DNA of 64,000 nucleotides from Salpingoeca rosetta (lineage: Eukaryota > Protista > Choanoflagellata). A program made the position numbers and the translations under genes. Position 1 is the first letter of the stretch. Each line of letters opens with the position of its first letter. The notes under the pieces were generated by a model that was not told where the DNA came from, did not search any database, and saw nothing but the letters and a program-made list of their open reading frames with translations. Below are positions 39,722-58,004 of the stretch, one piece after another. Location: NCBI GenBank assembly GCA_033442325.1, contig JAWQFM010000025.1:33425-97424 (forward strand). Reading direction: 5' to 3'.

Positions 39722-40912
39722 ATGATGAAGGTGCAGGTGCTGCTTGTGCTTGCGCTGTGTGTGAGCTGGTGTGCCGGCCATGCTGTGATTGAGGAGGACG
39801 CGCTTGGCGCGCTGCACATCAACACAAGCTCTCCGTCGTCGCAGCCGGTGTATGTGAACGGGGTTGATGTGTCTGGCATGCAGAGCACCATCCGTGATCT
39901 CGAGGCAAGAACGCAGGCGCTGCAGCAACAGCTGTGCACACTCCACCCACCCGCGGCGGACGTCACAAGCATCACGGTGCCCACGGGGACAGCCAAGTGG
40001 GTTGGCGGCGTGTTGGCGCCCAACGGCCTCATCTACGGCATCCCTTACGCCATATACGTTGTCTTGATCATCAACCCGACGACGAACACGGTCGACACCA
40101 CGTCCATCACGGGCTTGCCCTTCACCGGCTGGTGGGAAGGCGTGCTGGCGCCCAACGGGCTCATCTACGGCATTCCACACCAGGCAAGCGGCGTCCTCAT
40201 CATCAACCCCAACGACAACACGGTAGACACAACCACGATCAGCGATGTCGGCCTGGGCGGCGGCGACAAGTGGGCAGGCGGCGTTCTCGCAGACAATGGC
40301 CGCATCTACTGCGCGCCGTACTCGGCTTCTTTCATGCTGATCATCGACACAGCCACCAACACGGCGGACACGACATCCATTCGCAACATCAACGCCATCA
40401 GCTACGCCTGGTACCAGGGCGTTGCAGCGCCAAACGGCCTCCTGTACTTCCTGCAGGTCCGCGCGCAAGGCATCCTCATCGTCGACCCCGCCACCAACAC
40501 GGTCGACACGTCCACGCTGGCAAACGTGCAGATCGGGCCGTCCCGCGGCGTGGTGCTCTCTCGGGCCACTGGGCTCATCTACGGTGTGCCAGACACGTCC
40601 TCGCGCGTGGTCGTCCTCGATCCAACCACGAACAGCGTGGACGGCAACGCGGTGCAGGGCCTCCCCACCGACAACAGCTATTGGCTTGGCGGCGCGGTGG
40701 CGGCCAGCGGAAAGCTGGTGTTCATCCCCGCCGCTAGCTCGTCTGTCTTGTTCCTCGACCCGCTCACCAACGCCACAGACATGACCAGCATCAGGGGTCT
40801 CGGCACGGGCAACTACAAGTGGTGGGGTGGCGTCGCGGCGCCCAATGGTCGCATTTACGCCATCCCATATCATGCAAACAACGTGCTCATCATCGACGCA
40901 GGCGCCTGCTGA
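39722..40912 (+). CDS. Secreted beta-propeller repeat protein (signal peptide, short coiled coil, ~7 repeats of ~44 aa), intronless
   Basis: MMKVQVLLVLALCVSWCAG signal; repeats W.GGVLAPNGLIYGIP....VLIIDP.TNT.DTT.I. Confidence 0.88.
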   Translation: MMKVQVLLVLALCVSWCAGHAVIEEDALGALHINTSSPSSQPVYVNGVDVSGMQSTIRDLEARTQALQQQLCTLHPPAADVTSITVPTGTAKWVGGVLAPNGLIYGIPYAIYVVLIINPTTNTVDTTSITGLPFTGWWEGVLAPNGLIYGIPHQASGVLIINPNDNTVDTTTISDVGLGGGDKWAGGVLADNGRIYCAPYSASFMLIIDTATNTADTTSIRNINAISYAWYQGVAAPNGLLYFLQVRAQGILIVDPATNTVDTSTLANVQIGPSRGVVLSRATGLIYGVPDTSSRVVVLDPTTNSVDGNAVQGLPTDNSYWLGGAVAASGKLVFIPAASSSVLFLDPLTNATDMTSIRGLGTGNYKWWGGVAAPNGRIYAIPYHANNVLIIDAGAC

Positions 40913-40925
40913 AGGGGAGTCAGGT

Positions 40926-41003
<78 letters not shown>

Positions 41004-41167
41004 TGTCTGTCTTGTTGCTGAGGCTACACGTCAGACTAGTTCATTGTCGTCACTCAAATAGATTGAAAGCCTTATGAAAGCACGCAAGCGTTCGCACACA
41101 CAGACACCAACACACACAGACACACACACACACACCCCCCCCCCCCACACACACACACCCTATCCCA

Positions 41168-46923
<5,756 letters not shown>

Positions 46924-47657
46924 GGTGGCGGTCTGTATCAAAGGTCAACCTTTCACTGTTGCCAAGGTGCGTGGTCCTGGATGTGAACGCTTCTTTCCCT
47001 CGCTTCTTCTTTTCCTTGGTCTTCCTCTCCTGCGTCTACTTCACGGCTACAACTCGTTGCTCCTGTGATGGCGTGCATGTCTTTTCTGTTCTGCACTCAA
47101 TCAAACCTGCATGGTGCCATGATGCATGTGCGCGTGCGTGAAAAAGTGTGTGTGTGTGTGTGTGTGCATGCGTGTGATAGTCAGTGACGTGAGATGAATG
47201 GGATAAATGCGATGAGTGAAAGAAGAGAAGGGGAGCAAACAGTGTAATGCAACAAAACCTCATGCCACTGCACGCTTACAGCCACTGGCATACATGGCCT
47301 GTTACGCTCACTTACTCCCACCATCAGCACAATCACGCGCACATGCACGATCCACCACCAACTCCATCATCAGCACAGCTTCTGTTCCATAACCGCTCAT
47401 GCAATTTGCAACGCATCAGCTCCTACTTCGCCACCGCAATTTGCAACCAACGCGCAAGAACACAATATTTTTTTTTATTCTGTCGCCCTGCGCTTCTTGT
47501 CGTGTTTTGTTCCGCTCGCATCTCCACGATCAGCAGCGCGCGTTCGTCGTCGTTGATGGCTGATGGTTGTTGATGCTCGCCGTTGCTTGCTTGCTCCCCG
47601 CAGTGATCTTTGCGCTGAGCTGACGCGCTAACCAACCAACCAACCAACCAACTAACC

Positions 47658-48717
47658 ATGGACGAGGAGGGTACAGGCCAGCCACTGGCCAAACGCGCGC
47701 ACTTGACAAAGCCAGTGGCAGCGTCGTCGCAGTCGCAGTCGCAGTCGCAGCCGGATGTGCCATCGCCCGTGAAGACGCGCCCAAACTGGACGCTGGACGG
47801 CACGAGCGGCTGGCTGCTGGACACCAAGAGCGCCGTGTACATGGACCCGGAGTCGCGCATGTTCTTCAAGCTGGACGCGGCCGCGGGCAGCCTGGAGCCG
47901 TGCAGCTCGCCACCGGAGACGGGGCCCTCGGAGGCGCTGGTCAAGCGCGCGCTCGACTTCAAGGCGCAGTCCAAGCAGCAGAGGCCGGAGCAGACGCCCA
48001 GCAACACCAGCACCCGCGGCAGTGGCAGTGGCAGTGGCAGTGGTGGCAACACCAACACCAACACCGACACCAACAGCAACAGTGGTAGCACAGCAAAGCC
48101 GGCACTGCTGCGTTACAGTCCACAGACACGGAGAACGACGATGCAGAGACGACACGCGACGTGCCGANNNNNNNNNNNNNNNNNNNNNNNNNNNNNNNNN
48201 NNNNNNNNNNNNNNNNNNNNNNNNNNNNNNNNNNNNNNNNNNNNNNNNNNNNNNNNNNNNNNNNNNNAAAACCTCAGCAGTGTGTTATTGTGTGCGTATG
48301 TGAGTGTGTATGCTGTGTTAGAAACAGGCGCGTGTTTTTCGGCGCGTGCGCGCCATCCTGCCTACCTCTTCTATCTTCTCCGCTCATCTTGTGTTTGTTC
48401 TTCTTTTCTCCCAATTTGCACGCATCAGCAACATCATGGGCGCTTTCAACCACGGCGGTCCCCTCAGCAACGTCGATGCCGACACTGCCGGTAATCGACA
48501 AGAAGCAGTGATGGATGTGCACATGCAAAAGCGTGTGCATGTGGATGTGGTGCGTGCAGGTGCTGTGGATGTTGTGGATTGCGATGATTGGATCAAGGCG
48601 GTAATCCTCGCGCACGTGTCTGCATGCTGATGGTGCAGAATCGTTCCGTGATCTGAGCACATACCAGGAGCAGATCAAGCAGGTGAGCACGCTGTGTGTA
48701 TGTGTGTGCGTGTGCGT

Positions 48718-48797
<80 letters not shown>

Positions 48798-49358
48798 GCG
48801 TGCGTGTGCGTGTGCGTGTGTGTGGGTGTGTTTGCGTGGAACCTGTTGATTGCCACGCTCCCTCTGCATGGTTTAATTCACCACAATTAACCCAAATTAC
48901 CATCACCATCAATACGACGTCAGCTGGAAGTGCTGCTGCGCGCAAGTCCCGGTGACGAGCAGATTCTCGCAACCATCAACGGCCTCAAGGTACGGGGCAG
49001 AGAGTTGGAGGGAGGACGTGGGGATGGGACGTGCAGTGTGATGTGTGCAGTGTGGACAGGCGAATACTTGCACCCACTCACTCACTCACTCACACACTCA
49101 CTCACACACTCACTCTCACTCACTCTCACTCACACACTCTCTCACTCACCCACGCAGGAGATTACGCGCCTGTTGGAGGCAAAGGTTCACGAGGGTCACG
49201 AGCTGGACATGGCCTACCTGCAGACCGTTTTGAAATGCGTCAAGGACGGGTTTAAATGCACGGACAAAAACTTTGTCGGCCTGGCGAAACGCAAGAAAAT
49301 GAAGGCCGGATCAACCGCACTCGTCGCCATTGTCAACGGTGACAGCAAGTTAGTTGGG

Positions 49359-49406
<48 letters not shown>

Positions 49407-49775
49407 TGTCTGTCTGTGTCTGTCTGTGTCTGTGTGTGTCTGTGTCTGTGTGTGTTTGTATGACTGTGCGTGTGTCTGTGTGCGTGTGTGTCTGTGTGTA
49501 TGTGTGTGTATATATGTGTGTGTATATATGTGTGTGTCTGTGTGTGCGGGTGTACGGAGGAAGGCGGTGCCTGCCCCAATCCTCATCACTCCATCTCCAC
49601 CCCATCAGGTACAATGCGCACGTGGTTGTTGCCAATTTGGGCGATTGCCGCGCTGTTCTCTGCAGAGACGGACGTGCTGTTCCGCTCAGCGTTGACCACA
49701 AACCAAGCAGACGAGGTGTGCAGTTGTGTGTATGCGTGCCTGTTTGTCTGTCTGTGTGTGTCTGTCTGTGTGTGT

Positions 49776-49807
<32 letters not shown>

Positions 49808-50381
49808 CTGCCAGCTGTCTGTCTATGTCTTTGTGTGTAATGATGTGATGTAGTCTGCCTGACCGGATCTCCCACATTCTTCCGCAATTTGCTGCTGTCG
49901 ACGATTGCCCCTCACACACCATTGCAATTAATTGTCGTGCTCAGACGAAGCGAAGAGAATCAAGGAGGCCGGCGGCCGTGTCGTCGAGGTGAGAACCGAC
50001 AAGTGGAAGAGCTGAACGTGTGTTTATGTTACACCCACACGCTGTTCCGCTCACACCCTCTCAACCCACCTTTACACACCCCTCACTCTCCACCACCACC
50101 ACCACCACCACCACCACCCCTCACTCTCCACCACCACCACCACCACCACCACCACCATCGCCGCTGCTGCTGCCATCAGGTGTACGGGATCTCGCGCGCG
50201 ACGACGCAACACCGCGACCGCTACGGCGGAGCGCCGCCGCTCATGCTCGCCGTCTCCCGCTCGTTTGGCGACTACACGCTCAAGGTGGTGGTGGTGGTGG
50301 TGGTGGTGGTGTGAAGGATGGGGTTGGTAGATGCTGTGCTGCAGAGGGAGGGGAAAGTCGAGGTGCAGAGAGAGAGAGAGA

Positions 50382-50418
<37 letters not shown>

Positions 50419-51596
50419 GGAGGGGGAGAGCTAGACGGCAGAAAGACATAGACAGAGACGCACAGTCAAATCCACACACACACACTCACACACACACTCA
50501 CACTCACACACACACACACACACACTCACACACACACACGCACACTCACACACACACACACACTACACTCACACGACTGCGGAGGGCAAATCTAGAGTGG
50601 GTGGAGCTCTATACACGAAGATGGCGCTAGAATTAAAGGCGTTGGTATTCTCCTAGCGGATATGGCCTTTCTATGGTGACTTAGCCTCTGAACCCTGCCT
50701 GCCCATGCGAAACGTAGAAGAGGCTTCGGTCCCCGGACACTCCAAGTTTGTGGTTAAGACCTGGCCGGCGAGCGCAGATATAGGGCTGAAGTGATGTTCT
50801 ACAAAACCCGCACCGTAGTAGCTTCTATGAGAAAGGGGTACACCAATTTCCGATGCAACGTCCCCATGAGGTTCCAACGACCAGGCTGATACAAGGACGC
50901 ACACTCACACACACACACACACACACTCACACACTCACACACTCACGCTCACACACTCACACATGTAAACACACACACACACACGCACACGCACACACGC
51001 ACACACGTATAGGTGCCGCATCCGATTGTAAGCTACCAGCCCGAGACGCGAATTGAGCGCGTTGGGCCGAACGACTACTTCCTCCTCCTCGCCTGCGACG
51101 GCGTGTGGGACGTCCTCTCAAACCAGGAGGCAATCAACATTGCCAAGGAACACTACACAAAGCCAGACGAAGGTGTGTGTGTGTGCGTGTGTGTGTGTGT
51201 CTGTCTGTCTGTCTATCTGTCTGACGTTTGCATGCAAACATATCCTGAAGCTTGAATGCTGACACTTTATCGCAATCCCCCCCCCCCTTCCACATACACT
51301 CATGCACACACATGCACACACATGCACACACAGCTGCGCGCGCTGTGATCCAGGCTGCGTACGACAAGCGGAGCAACGACAACCTGACGGCGATGGTGAT
51401 TGAGTTTGCCTGGAACGACATGCACGCAGCAAAGGACCAGACAAACGGGAAAACGAGCAGCAGCAGTGGTGGTGGCGGTGGTGGTGGTGAGAGCTCTGCG
51501 CCGGCGAGCGACGGGGCGGCGAAAGGAAAGGAGGGCGGTGGTGGTGCTGATGATGATGATGATGACGATATTGATGACATGTTCGGTGGGCAGTGA
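47658..51596 (+). CDS. PP2C/PPM protein phosphatase with an N-terminal OCRE-like domain, multi-exon, spanning a gap
   Basis: [81 protein letters not shown]-terminal octamer-spaced aromatic repeats [27 protein letters not shown]. Confidence 0.88.
48168..48267. other. Assembly gap (N)
   Basis: Run of 100 N. Confidence 1.
50575..50897. other. Compositionally foreign ~320-nt segment embedded in a (CA)n tract of a PP2C intron
   Basis: High-complexity sequence, ~52% GC, ~20 TA dinucleotides by hand count (about the random expectation) in a strongly TA-poor context; sharp boundaries with CA repeats on both sides. Confidence 0.8.
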
Positions 51597-51606
51597 GCGA
51601 GGGAGA

Positions 51607-51666
<60 letters not shown>

Positions 51667-51686
51667 ACATGTGTGTGATTGAAACC

Positions 51687-51726
<40 letters not shown>

Positions 51727-52118
51727 CGTACCGCTTGTGGTTACAGTGTGCAGATTGCTCTTCTTTCTGCCTTGTTCAACTTTTGTGATTAAACACACGG
51801 CTTTGTATTGATGCGAACAATCGTAACGACGTGCATGAAAGAAAGTGTAAAAGCAACATGTTGGCTGGTGCAAATGCAAACGGGAACACTGAAACACTGA
51901 AACACATGGTTGCATGAGAGCGGGCACAACAGATGCCCCGCCAGCAGAGGGCATCTTGTTGCAAGGCAACGTTGATCAAGGAAAAGAACGCGGGAAGCAA
52001 AGAGGAAGCAGGGAATGTATGTACAAGAAGGGTGAACTGACAGAGGAAGCAAAGTGGAACCGAGACTAGAGGGGACGTGAATAAATCACAAGGGTCGAAG
52101 GATCGACAGCACACAGGG

Positions 52119-52243
<125 letters not shown>

Positions 52244-52291
52244 TGCGTCCACTATCTCTCTCTCTCTCGCTCACTCAATCTCTCGCTCACT

Positions 52292-52322
<31 letters not shown>

Positions 52323-52433
52323 TCACTCACTCACTCACTCACTCACACACTCACTCACTCAATCACACACTCACTCACTCCTCACATACGCACACACACA
52401 CACTCTCTCTCTCCCTCACTGCTGCCAGCTCAG

Positions 52434-55275
52434 TCAATCGACGAGCTCAGCTAGCCATTCCCGGGCAGCTTTGGTGCTGGCGTGATTGGGACCAACCGTG
52501 GCTGTCCAGATGTCGACAGTGTGTTGAATCAGCTCCCTGGCACGTGCAGTGTCGCCTTTGTTCTTGTACAGGACACCCACAGTCAGATATGCGGCTGCTG
52601 TGGAGGGGTGCAGCTCGCCCAACGCCTCCACCTTGACGTGCAGGCTTCGCTCATAGTAGTGGATGGCGCGGTCTGCCTCACCCTTGCTGTTGAACACCTG
52701 ACCCAAGTTGGCGCATGTTGTTGCCACCTGCGCGTGTGTCTTCCCCAACGTGTCCTCGTAGGTGTGCAGCGCCTTGTTGAAGCACTCAATTGCGCGATCA
52801 TACTCACCCTTCTTGGAGCACGCCACGCCAAGCTCGGCGTACGCGGTGGCTGTGGAGGGGTGTTTCTCGCCCAATGCCTCGACCTTGATCCGCAGGCTCT
52901 GCTGGCAGTGCTCAATGGCACGATCGTACTCTCCTTTGCCGGTGTACGCCTGGCCAAGGGCGAGCAACGCCATTGCAGTGTCCGGATGCCTCTCACCAAC
53001 CGTATCCATCCTGATGCGCAGGCACGTCTGGCAATACGCGAGCGCGCGATCAAAGTCGCCCTTGCCGTTGTACATCTGGCCGAGGCTGAGCAGCGTGGCT
53101 GCTGTGGCCGGGTGGCTGTCGCCCAGCACAGCCTGCCGGATTTGCAGGCACTTCTCGTAGCACTCAATGGCCCGAGCAGATGCGCCCTTCCTGTTGTACA
53201 CAGTGCCCAGGCCATGGTATGCCGCAGCTGTGGAGGGATGCTTCTCGCCCATTGCTTTCACACCAATGTTCAGCGCCTTGTTGAAGCACTCAATCGCACG
53301 GTCATACTTGCCGCTGTTGTAGAGCACCACACCAAGCTCGTTGAAGGTGCTCGCTGTGCTTGGGTGCAGCTCGCCCAGCGTATCCACCTGAATGCGCAGG
53401 CCCTCGCCATAATACTCCGCAGCGCGTCCATACTCGCCTTTCCTGTTGTAAGTCTGAGCAAGACAATTGTACAGGGTGCCTGTTTCTGGGTGCCTCTCGC
53501 CCAATGCCGCCGACGTAATCTGGAGGCTTTGCCTGAACAACTGGATGGCGCGATCGTACTCGCCCTTGGCGCTGTGCACCTGGCCAAGGGAGGCCTGCGT
53601 GGTGGCTGTGGAGGGATGCGTCTTGCCCACCGTGCCCAGCTTGATCTGCAGGCTCTGTTCGTAGCAGTGGATTGCGCGATCGTATTCCCCTTTCCTGCTG
53701 TGCACTTGGCCGAGCTCGTGGAATGTGGCTGCTGTGGATGGGTCTTTGTCGCCCAATGTGTCCAACTTGATCTGCAGGATTTTCTCGAAACACTCAATGG
53801 CTCTGTCGTGCTCGCCCTTGTTCTTGAACACCTGGCCAATCGCGCCGTAAGCAGCGATAACGTTCTCGTGCGTTGGCCCATAGTCTCTCAAGCACGCGTC
53901 CAGCGCTCGCTCGAGCAGCGGCAACGCGTGATCAAAGTCACCAGCCTTCAACAGGGATGCACCAACGTAGTAGCAGAGGCGCGCAAACTGGGGCGTATCA
54001 GCCTGCTCGTCATCAGCTGGCTCCACAAAGGAGAGCATCTCTGAGAAGCACCAGTTCCGCATCTGGTCCTTGACCACCTTGTTCAAGTGTAGGAAGCCAA
54101 CGCCGTCCTCGATTGCCTTGAAGATCATCTCCTTGTCCTTGGGGTCCCAGGCGTCTGCCCGCTCGGCCTGCACGCGCACCATTGCGTCTGTTACGGCCTC
54201 GTGATCCTCCAGCACGGCCTCCTTCAGCGCGTCTCGCTGTGCGTTCGGCAGCCGGATGGTGAGTTGCACGTCTTCCTGACTTGCGCTGCAGAAGATCTCC
54301 CACAGGCACCATGCCCGTGTCAGCGGCACGGGGTCGTGCCACGGTGTCAACACCAGCAGCACATGGCCAATCGCAGCAATGGACTTCTTGAACGTTGTGC
54401 TCCACCTGCAGTTGGGGTTGGGGGGGGGGGTTGGGGCAAGGACGGGAGGTTGAGGGCATGGGTTGCAGAGGTGACAGGTGGAAGTGAACAACGAACACAC
54501 ACAGACACACATGTATACACGCACACACGAACGCACACACACACACACGTACACACACACACACAAACGCACACACACACACACACACACACACAAACGC
54601 ACACACACAGGTACAGACACAAGCTCCATACCACTCTTGAGGAAGGTTGGCTGTGATGTCCGTGTTCTGGTTGTTGATGAAGAGATCGAACCAGAAGAAC
54701 ACTTGCGCTTCGTCTTCGCCGTCGTCCTCGCCTTGCTCGCCTGCAAACTCCAGGAGGGTGCCAATCACGTCCACGATCTTGTAGCGCCACGCGTGCGACA
54801 CAAACACGGTCGCCTTCCTGCCCACGTGCTGTGAATCCATGACGTCGACATACGCACACTGCTTCGCCTTGGTGCGTGGGATCACCACGCTGTCGCACGC
54901 CTCTTTGGTGGTCATCTCCTGGTACGTGTCTGGGTGTGCTGCCTTGAGATCGGCAAGGAACTGGCGCAGCCCAGCAGGCGACACGCCTTCCTTGCGAATC
55001 GCATGTTCGTCCTCGGCAGAAACAGTAGTTGAAGTGGTCGGTGCTGGATGCGCTTGGTATTGTGTCACGCCCTTTGCGTCTTCGCCATCGTCGCCTTGCT
55101 GCTCTTCTTCGCTGGTAGGCGGCTGTTGTGGCTTCGCGGTGCTTGACACTGGCGTCTCATTCACCACGTCAACAGCGGCCGTTGAAGCGGCGAGCTCGCC
55201 TCCTTTCTGTCGTGCTTCGGCTGGCTCTGGGTCGCGAGTGGTGGACGAGGAGTGGCGGCGACAGCAGGAGAACAT
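52434..55275 (-). CDS. TIR/HET-like N-terminal domain + 12 TPR repeats of 42 aa (kinesin-light-chain/NPHP3-type), ~871 aa
   Basis: Exons 55275-54632 and 54405-52434 (phase-2 intron inside a Trp codon). Motifs [31 protein letters not shown]; repeats of type [12 protein letters not shown]...L.I....LGE.HPST. Confidence 0.9.
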
Positions 55276-55515
55276 CGTGGATGTAGAGAAGTAAATGATG
55301 ATGTACATGATTTTCGGCAATGCGGCGGTGCCAGCTTCATGCTTTCCCACACTTCCACACAAAAGCTCCAAAGCCTCAAAGCCACACCCCTCCCCCTCAA
55401 ACCGACGGACGACACATGACATCACGAAGACCAACACCAACCACAGCACATCGCCACTTCACCGCAAGCAACCACATCACAGCACCAGCAAGCACTCTAG
55501 TACCAACCAGCAGTG

Positions 55516-56817
55516 ATGGCGGCGCGTGCTTCTCCAAGTCCAACTGCGAAAAGGACGGCCCACATAAGCATCCTCCTCATCCTTCCCTTGCTCTCCGTGT
55601 TGCTGTTTCTCTGCGTGTGCGCTTGCATGGCGCAGGTGGTGTTGGAGGAAGACGAGGGCGGTGCCTTCCACATCAACACTAGCGACCCCGTGCAACACCC
55701 TGTGTTTGTAAACGGCATGGACGTGGCTAAAATGCTCGACCTGGTGCAGACGCAACAGAGCGTGATCGAGACCCAGCAAGGGATGTTGCGTGACCATCAG
55801 TCAACCATCAGGACGCTGCAGGGTCAGAACACCGCGCTCACGCGCAGGATCTGCGCCGCCCATGACGTGGCCCCGTTTGGTGACACAACAACGGTTGCGG
55901 GGCTTGGCACTTTCCCGCACAAGTGGCTCGGCGGAGCTGCCGGTCCCAACGGCTTGATCTTCGGCACCCCGCACGACTCAACGGCGGTCCTGATCATCGA
56001 CCCGGTCACCCACGCCGTGGACATGACCACCATGGCGGGCCTGGGTCAAGGGGGGCGCAAGTGGGGCGGTGCCGTGCTTGCCAACAACGGACACATCTAC
56101 TGCTTCCCTCACGGCGAAACGTCCGTGCTCATCATCGACCCCTCCACCAACACAACTGACAAGACAAGCATGGCCAGCGTCGGCAAGCAGTGGATCAGCG
56201 GTGCGCTGGCGCCAAACGGCGCCATCTACGCCATGCCCTGGTCATCGTCTTCGGTGCTCATCATTGACCCCGGCACCAACACGGCAGACACAACAACCAT
56301 CGGTGGCCTCACCGGGAGCTGGTTCGGCGCCGCCGTCGCTGCCAATGGGCGGGTGTACTCGGCTCCCTTCTCTGCCACAGCCGTGCTCATCATCGACCCT
56401 GCGACGAACACCGCTGACACGACGAGCATTGCCGGGTTTGGCGCCGCAAACAAGTGGCATGGAACTGTGCTTGCAGACAACGGCCTCATCTACGGCATCC
56501 CTTCCAGCTCAACTTCTGTCCTCATCATTGACCCTGCTGAGGACACCGTCGACACGAGCACCATCACCAACCTCGATGGCTCGTCCAAGTGGGCCGGTGG
56601 CGTGATGGTGACGAGCACGCACATCATTGGCGTGCCCTTTGCCTCTTCGTCTGTGCTCCTGATTGACACGAAGACCAACATGGCAGACACGACCACCCTC
56701 ACAGCTCCAGGCACTGGCGAGAAGTGGTATGGTGGTGTTGTGGACGCTGCCAACCGCCTCTTCTGCATTCCCTGGCGCGCCGGCTCGAGCCTCATTGTGG
56801 ATGCTGGGTGTGGATGA
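55516..56817 (+). CDS. Secreted or membrane-anchored beta-propeller repeat protein, paralogue of 39722-40912, intronless
   Basis: Hydrophobic N-terminus, EEDEGGAFHINT...PVFVNGMDV, coiled coil, 7 repeats KW.G.VLA.NG.IY..P....VLIIDP.TNT.D, shared C-terminus IVDAGC. Confidence 0.88.
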   Translation: MAARASPSPTAKRTAHISILLILPLLSVLLFLCVCACMAQVVLEEDEGGAFHINTSDPVQHPVFVNGMDVAKMLDLVQTQQSVIETQQGMLRDHQSTIRTLQGQNTALTRRICAAHDVAPFGDTTTVAGLGTFPHKWLGGAAGPNGLIFGTPHDSTAVLIIDPVTHAVDMTTMAGLGQGGRKWGGAVLANNGHIYCFPHGETSVLIIDPSTNTTDKTSMASVGKQWISGALAPNGAIYAMPWSSSSVLIIDPGTNTADTTTIGGLTGSWFGAAVAANGRVYSAPFSATAVLIIDPATNTADTTSIAGFGAANKWHGTVLADNGLIYGIPSSSTSVLIIDPAEDTVDTSTITNLDGSSKWAGGVMVTSTHIIGVPFASSSVLLIDTKTNMADTTTLTAPGTGEKWYGGVVDAANRLFCIPWRAGSSLIVDAGCG

Positions 56818-56833
56818 GTGTGATGTGGTGAAG

Positions 56834-56980
56834 TGTTGTGTTGTGTTGTGTTGTGTTGTTGTGTTGTGTTGTGTTGTGTTGTGTTGTGTTGTGTTGTTGT
56901 GTTGTGTTGTGTTGTGTTGTGTTGTGTTGTGTTGTGTTGTGTTGTGTTGTGTTGTGTTGTGTTGTGTTGTGTTGTGTTGT
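56834..56980 (+). repeat. (GTTGT)n microsatellite
   Basis: Direct inspection; just downstream of the propeller gene stop. Confidence 0.9.
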
Positions 56981-57289
56981 GTATGTTCCTTTGCTCGTTC
57001 CAGCGCACTGTTCTATCAGGCGCTGACATCAGCAGAAAACGAGAAAAATCAAAACAAGCCCAAAACAACAACAAAAAACAACAAAAGAGGGGGGCGTGTG
57101 GGTGTTTCGCATTTGCATGTGTCCTCTTGCTGCCACTTCCTCTCTTCCTCTCTTGCTCCCGCCTGCTCTCGCCTGCTCTCCTTCTCTCCTTCTCTCTCTC
57201 TCCTTCTGTCCATCGTTCAGCGACGACCACATCCCTCTCCCACACGCACCCCCTTCGACCCGACAACTTGCTTTTGCTTCTTTGCCGAC

Positions 57290-57940
57290 ATGGCTGCTGT
57301 GTTGTATGCCGTGGTTGCCGAGGGCGCCCGCCCTCTGGCAGAACACTGTGAGCCTGGCACAGTGGATGCGGCGTCGCTTGTGCCGTCCGCGTTGGACCAG
57401 CTGCAACGTCTGCCACGAAACCAATCCCAAGGCTCAGTGGTGCTCGAGCAGGACGGTGTCCCAAGGTGCTGGGGCTGGTTTCTCATGTGAAGAGAAGGGA
57501 AGGAGTGCAGGATTCCAGGGAGCGAACCACGCGCAACTCATGCATTCTAAACGCGCCTGCAATGTCTGGTTGTGTGTGGCCATGCGTATTCCTTGTGTCC
57601 GATCTCTCCAACCTTGCGCGACTGATCTCCAGCTACCATGCATGCGTCATGTCTCTCCTCGCTCTCAGGTACAAGAAGAAGCACCTTTTCTTTCTTCGTC
57701 AGGACAACTTCACGTTTGCGTGTGTCACAGAGCGAGGCTTTGGTAGGTGCAGATGCTGCGAGAGGAGACAAGCGCTGCTCTTGGATTCCTGCGCGAAAGC
57801 TAGAGGGCTGCCTTCGTATTCTCTCGTTGTGTTTGTTGTTGTGCTTGTGGCACATGTTGTGCATTGCTTGGTGTACTATCCCTTGCTTCTCGTAGTAAGG
57901 TAGAAGCAGGCACACGAGCGCGCGCCGCACACACACACAC

Positions 57941-58004
<64 letters not shown>

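Noticed and set aside
39074-40873. Long antisense ORFs (599 aa here; also 52482-54044 and 62559-63530)
   Set aside because: Shadows of GC3-rich coding sequence on the opposite strand; no motifs of their own.
50575-50897. RNase MRP/P or hammerhead identity for the intronic island (GTCCCCGGAC; CTGA...GAAA)
   Set aside because: The required partner motifs and helices are not correctly placed; the short matches are compatible with chance.
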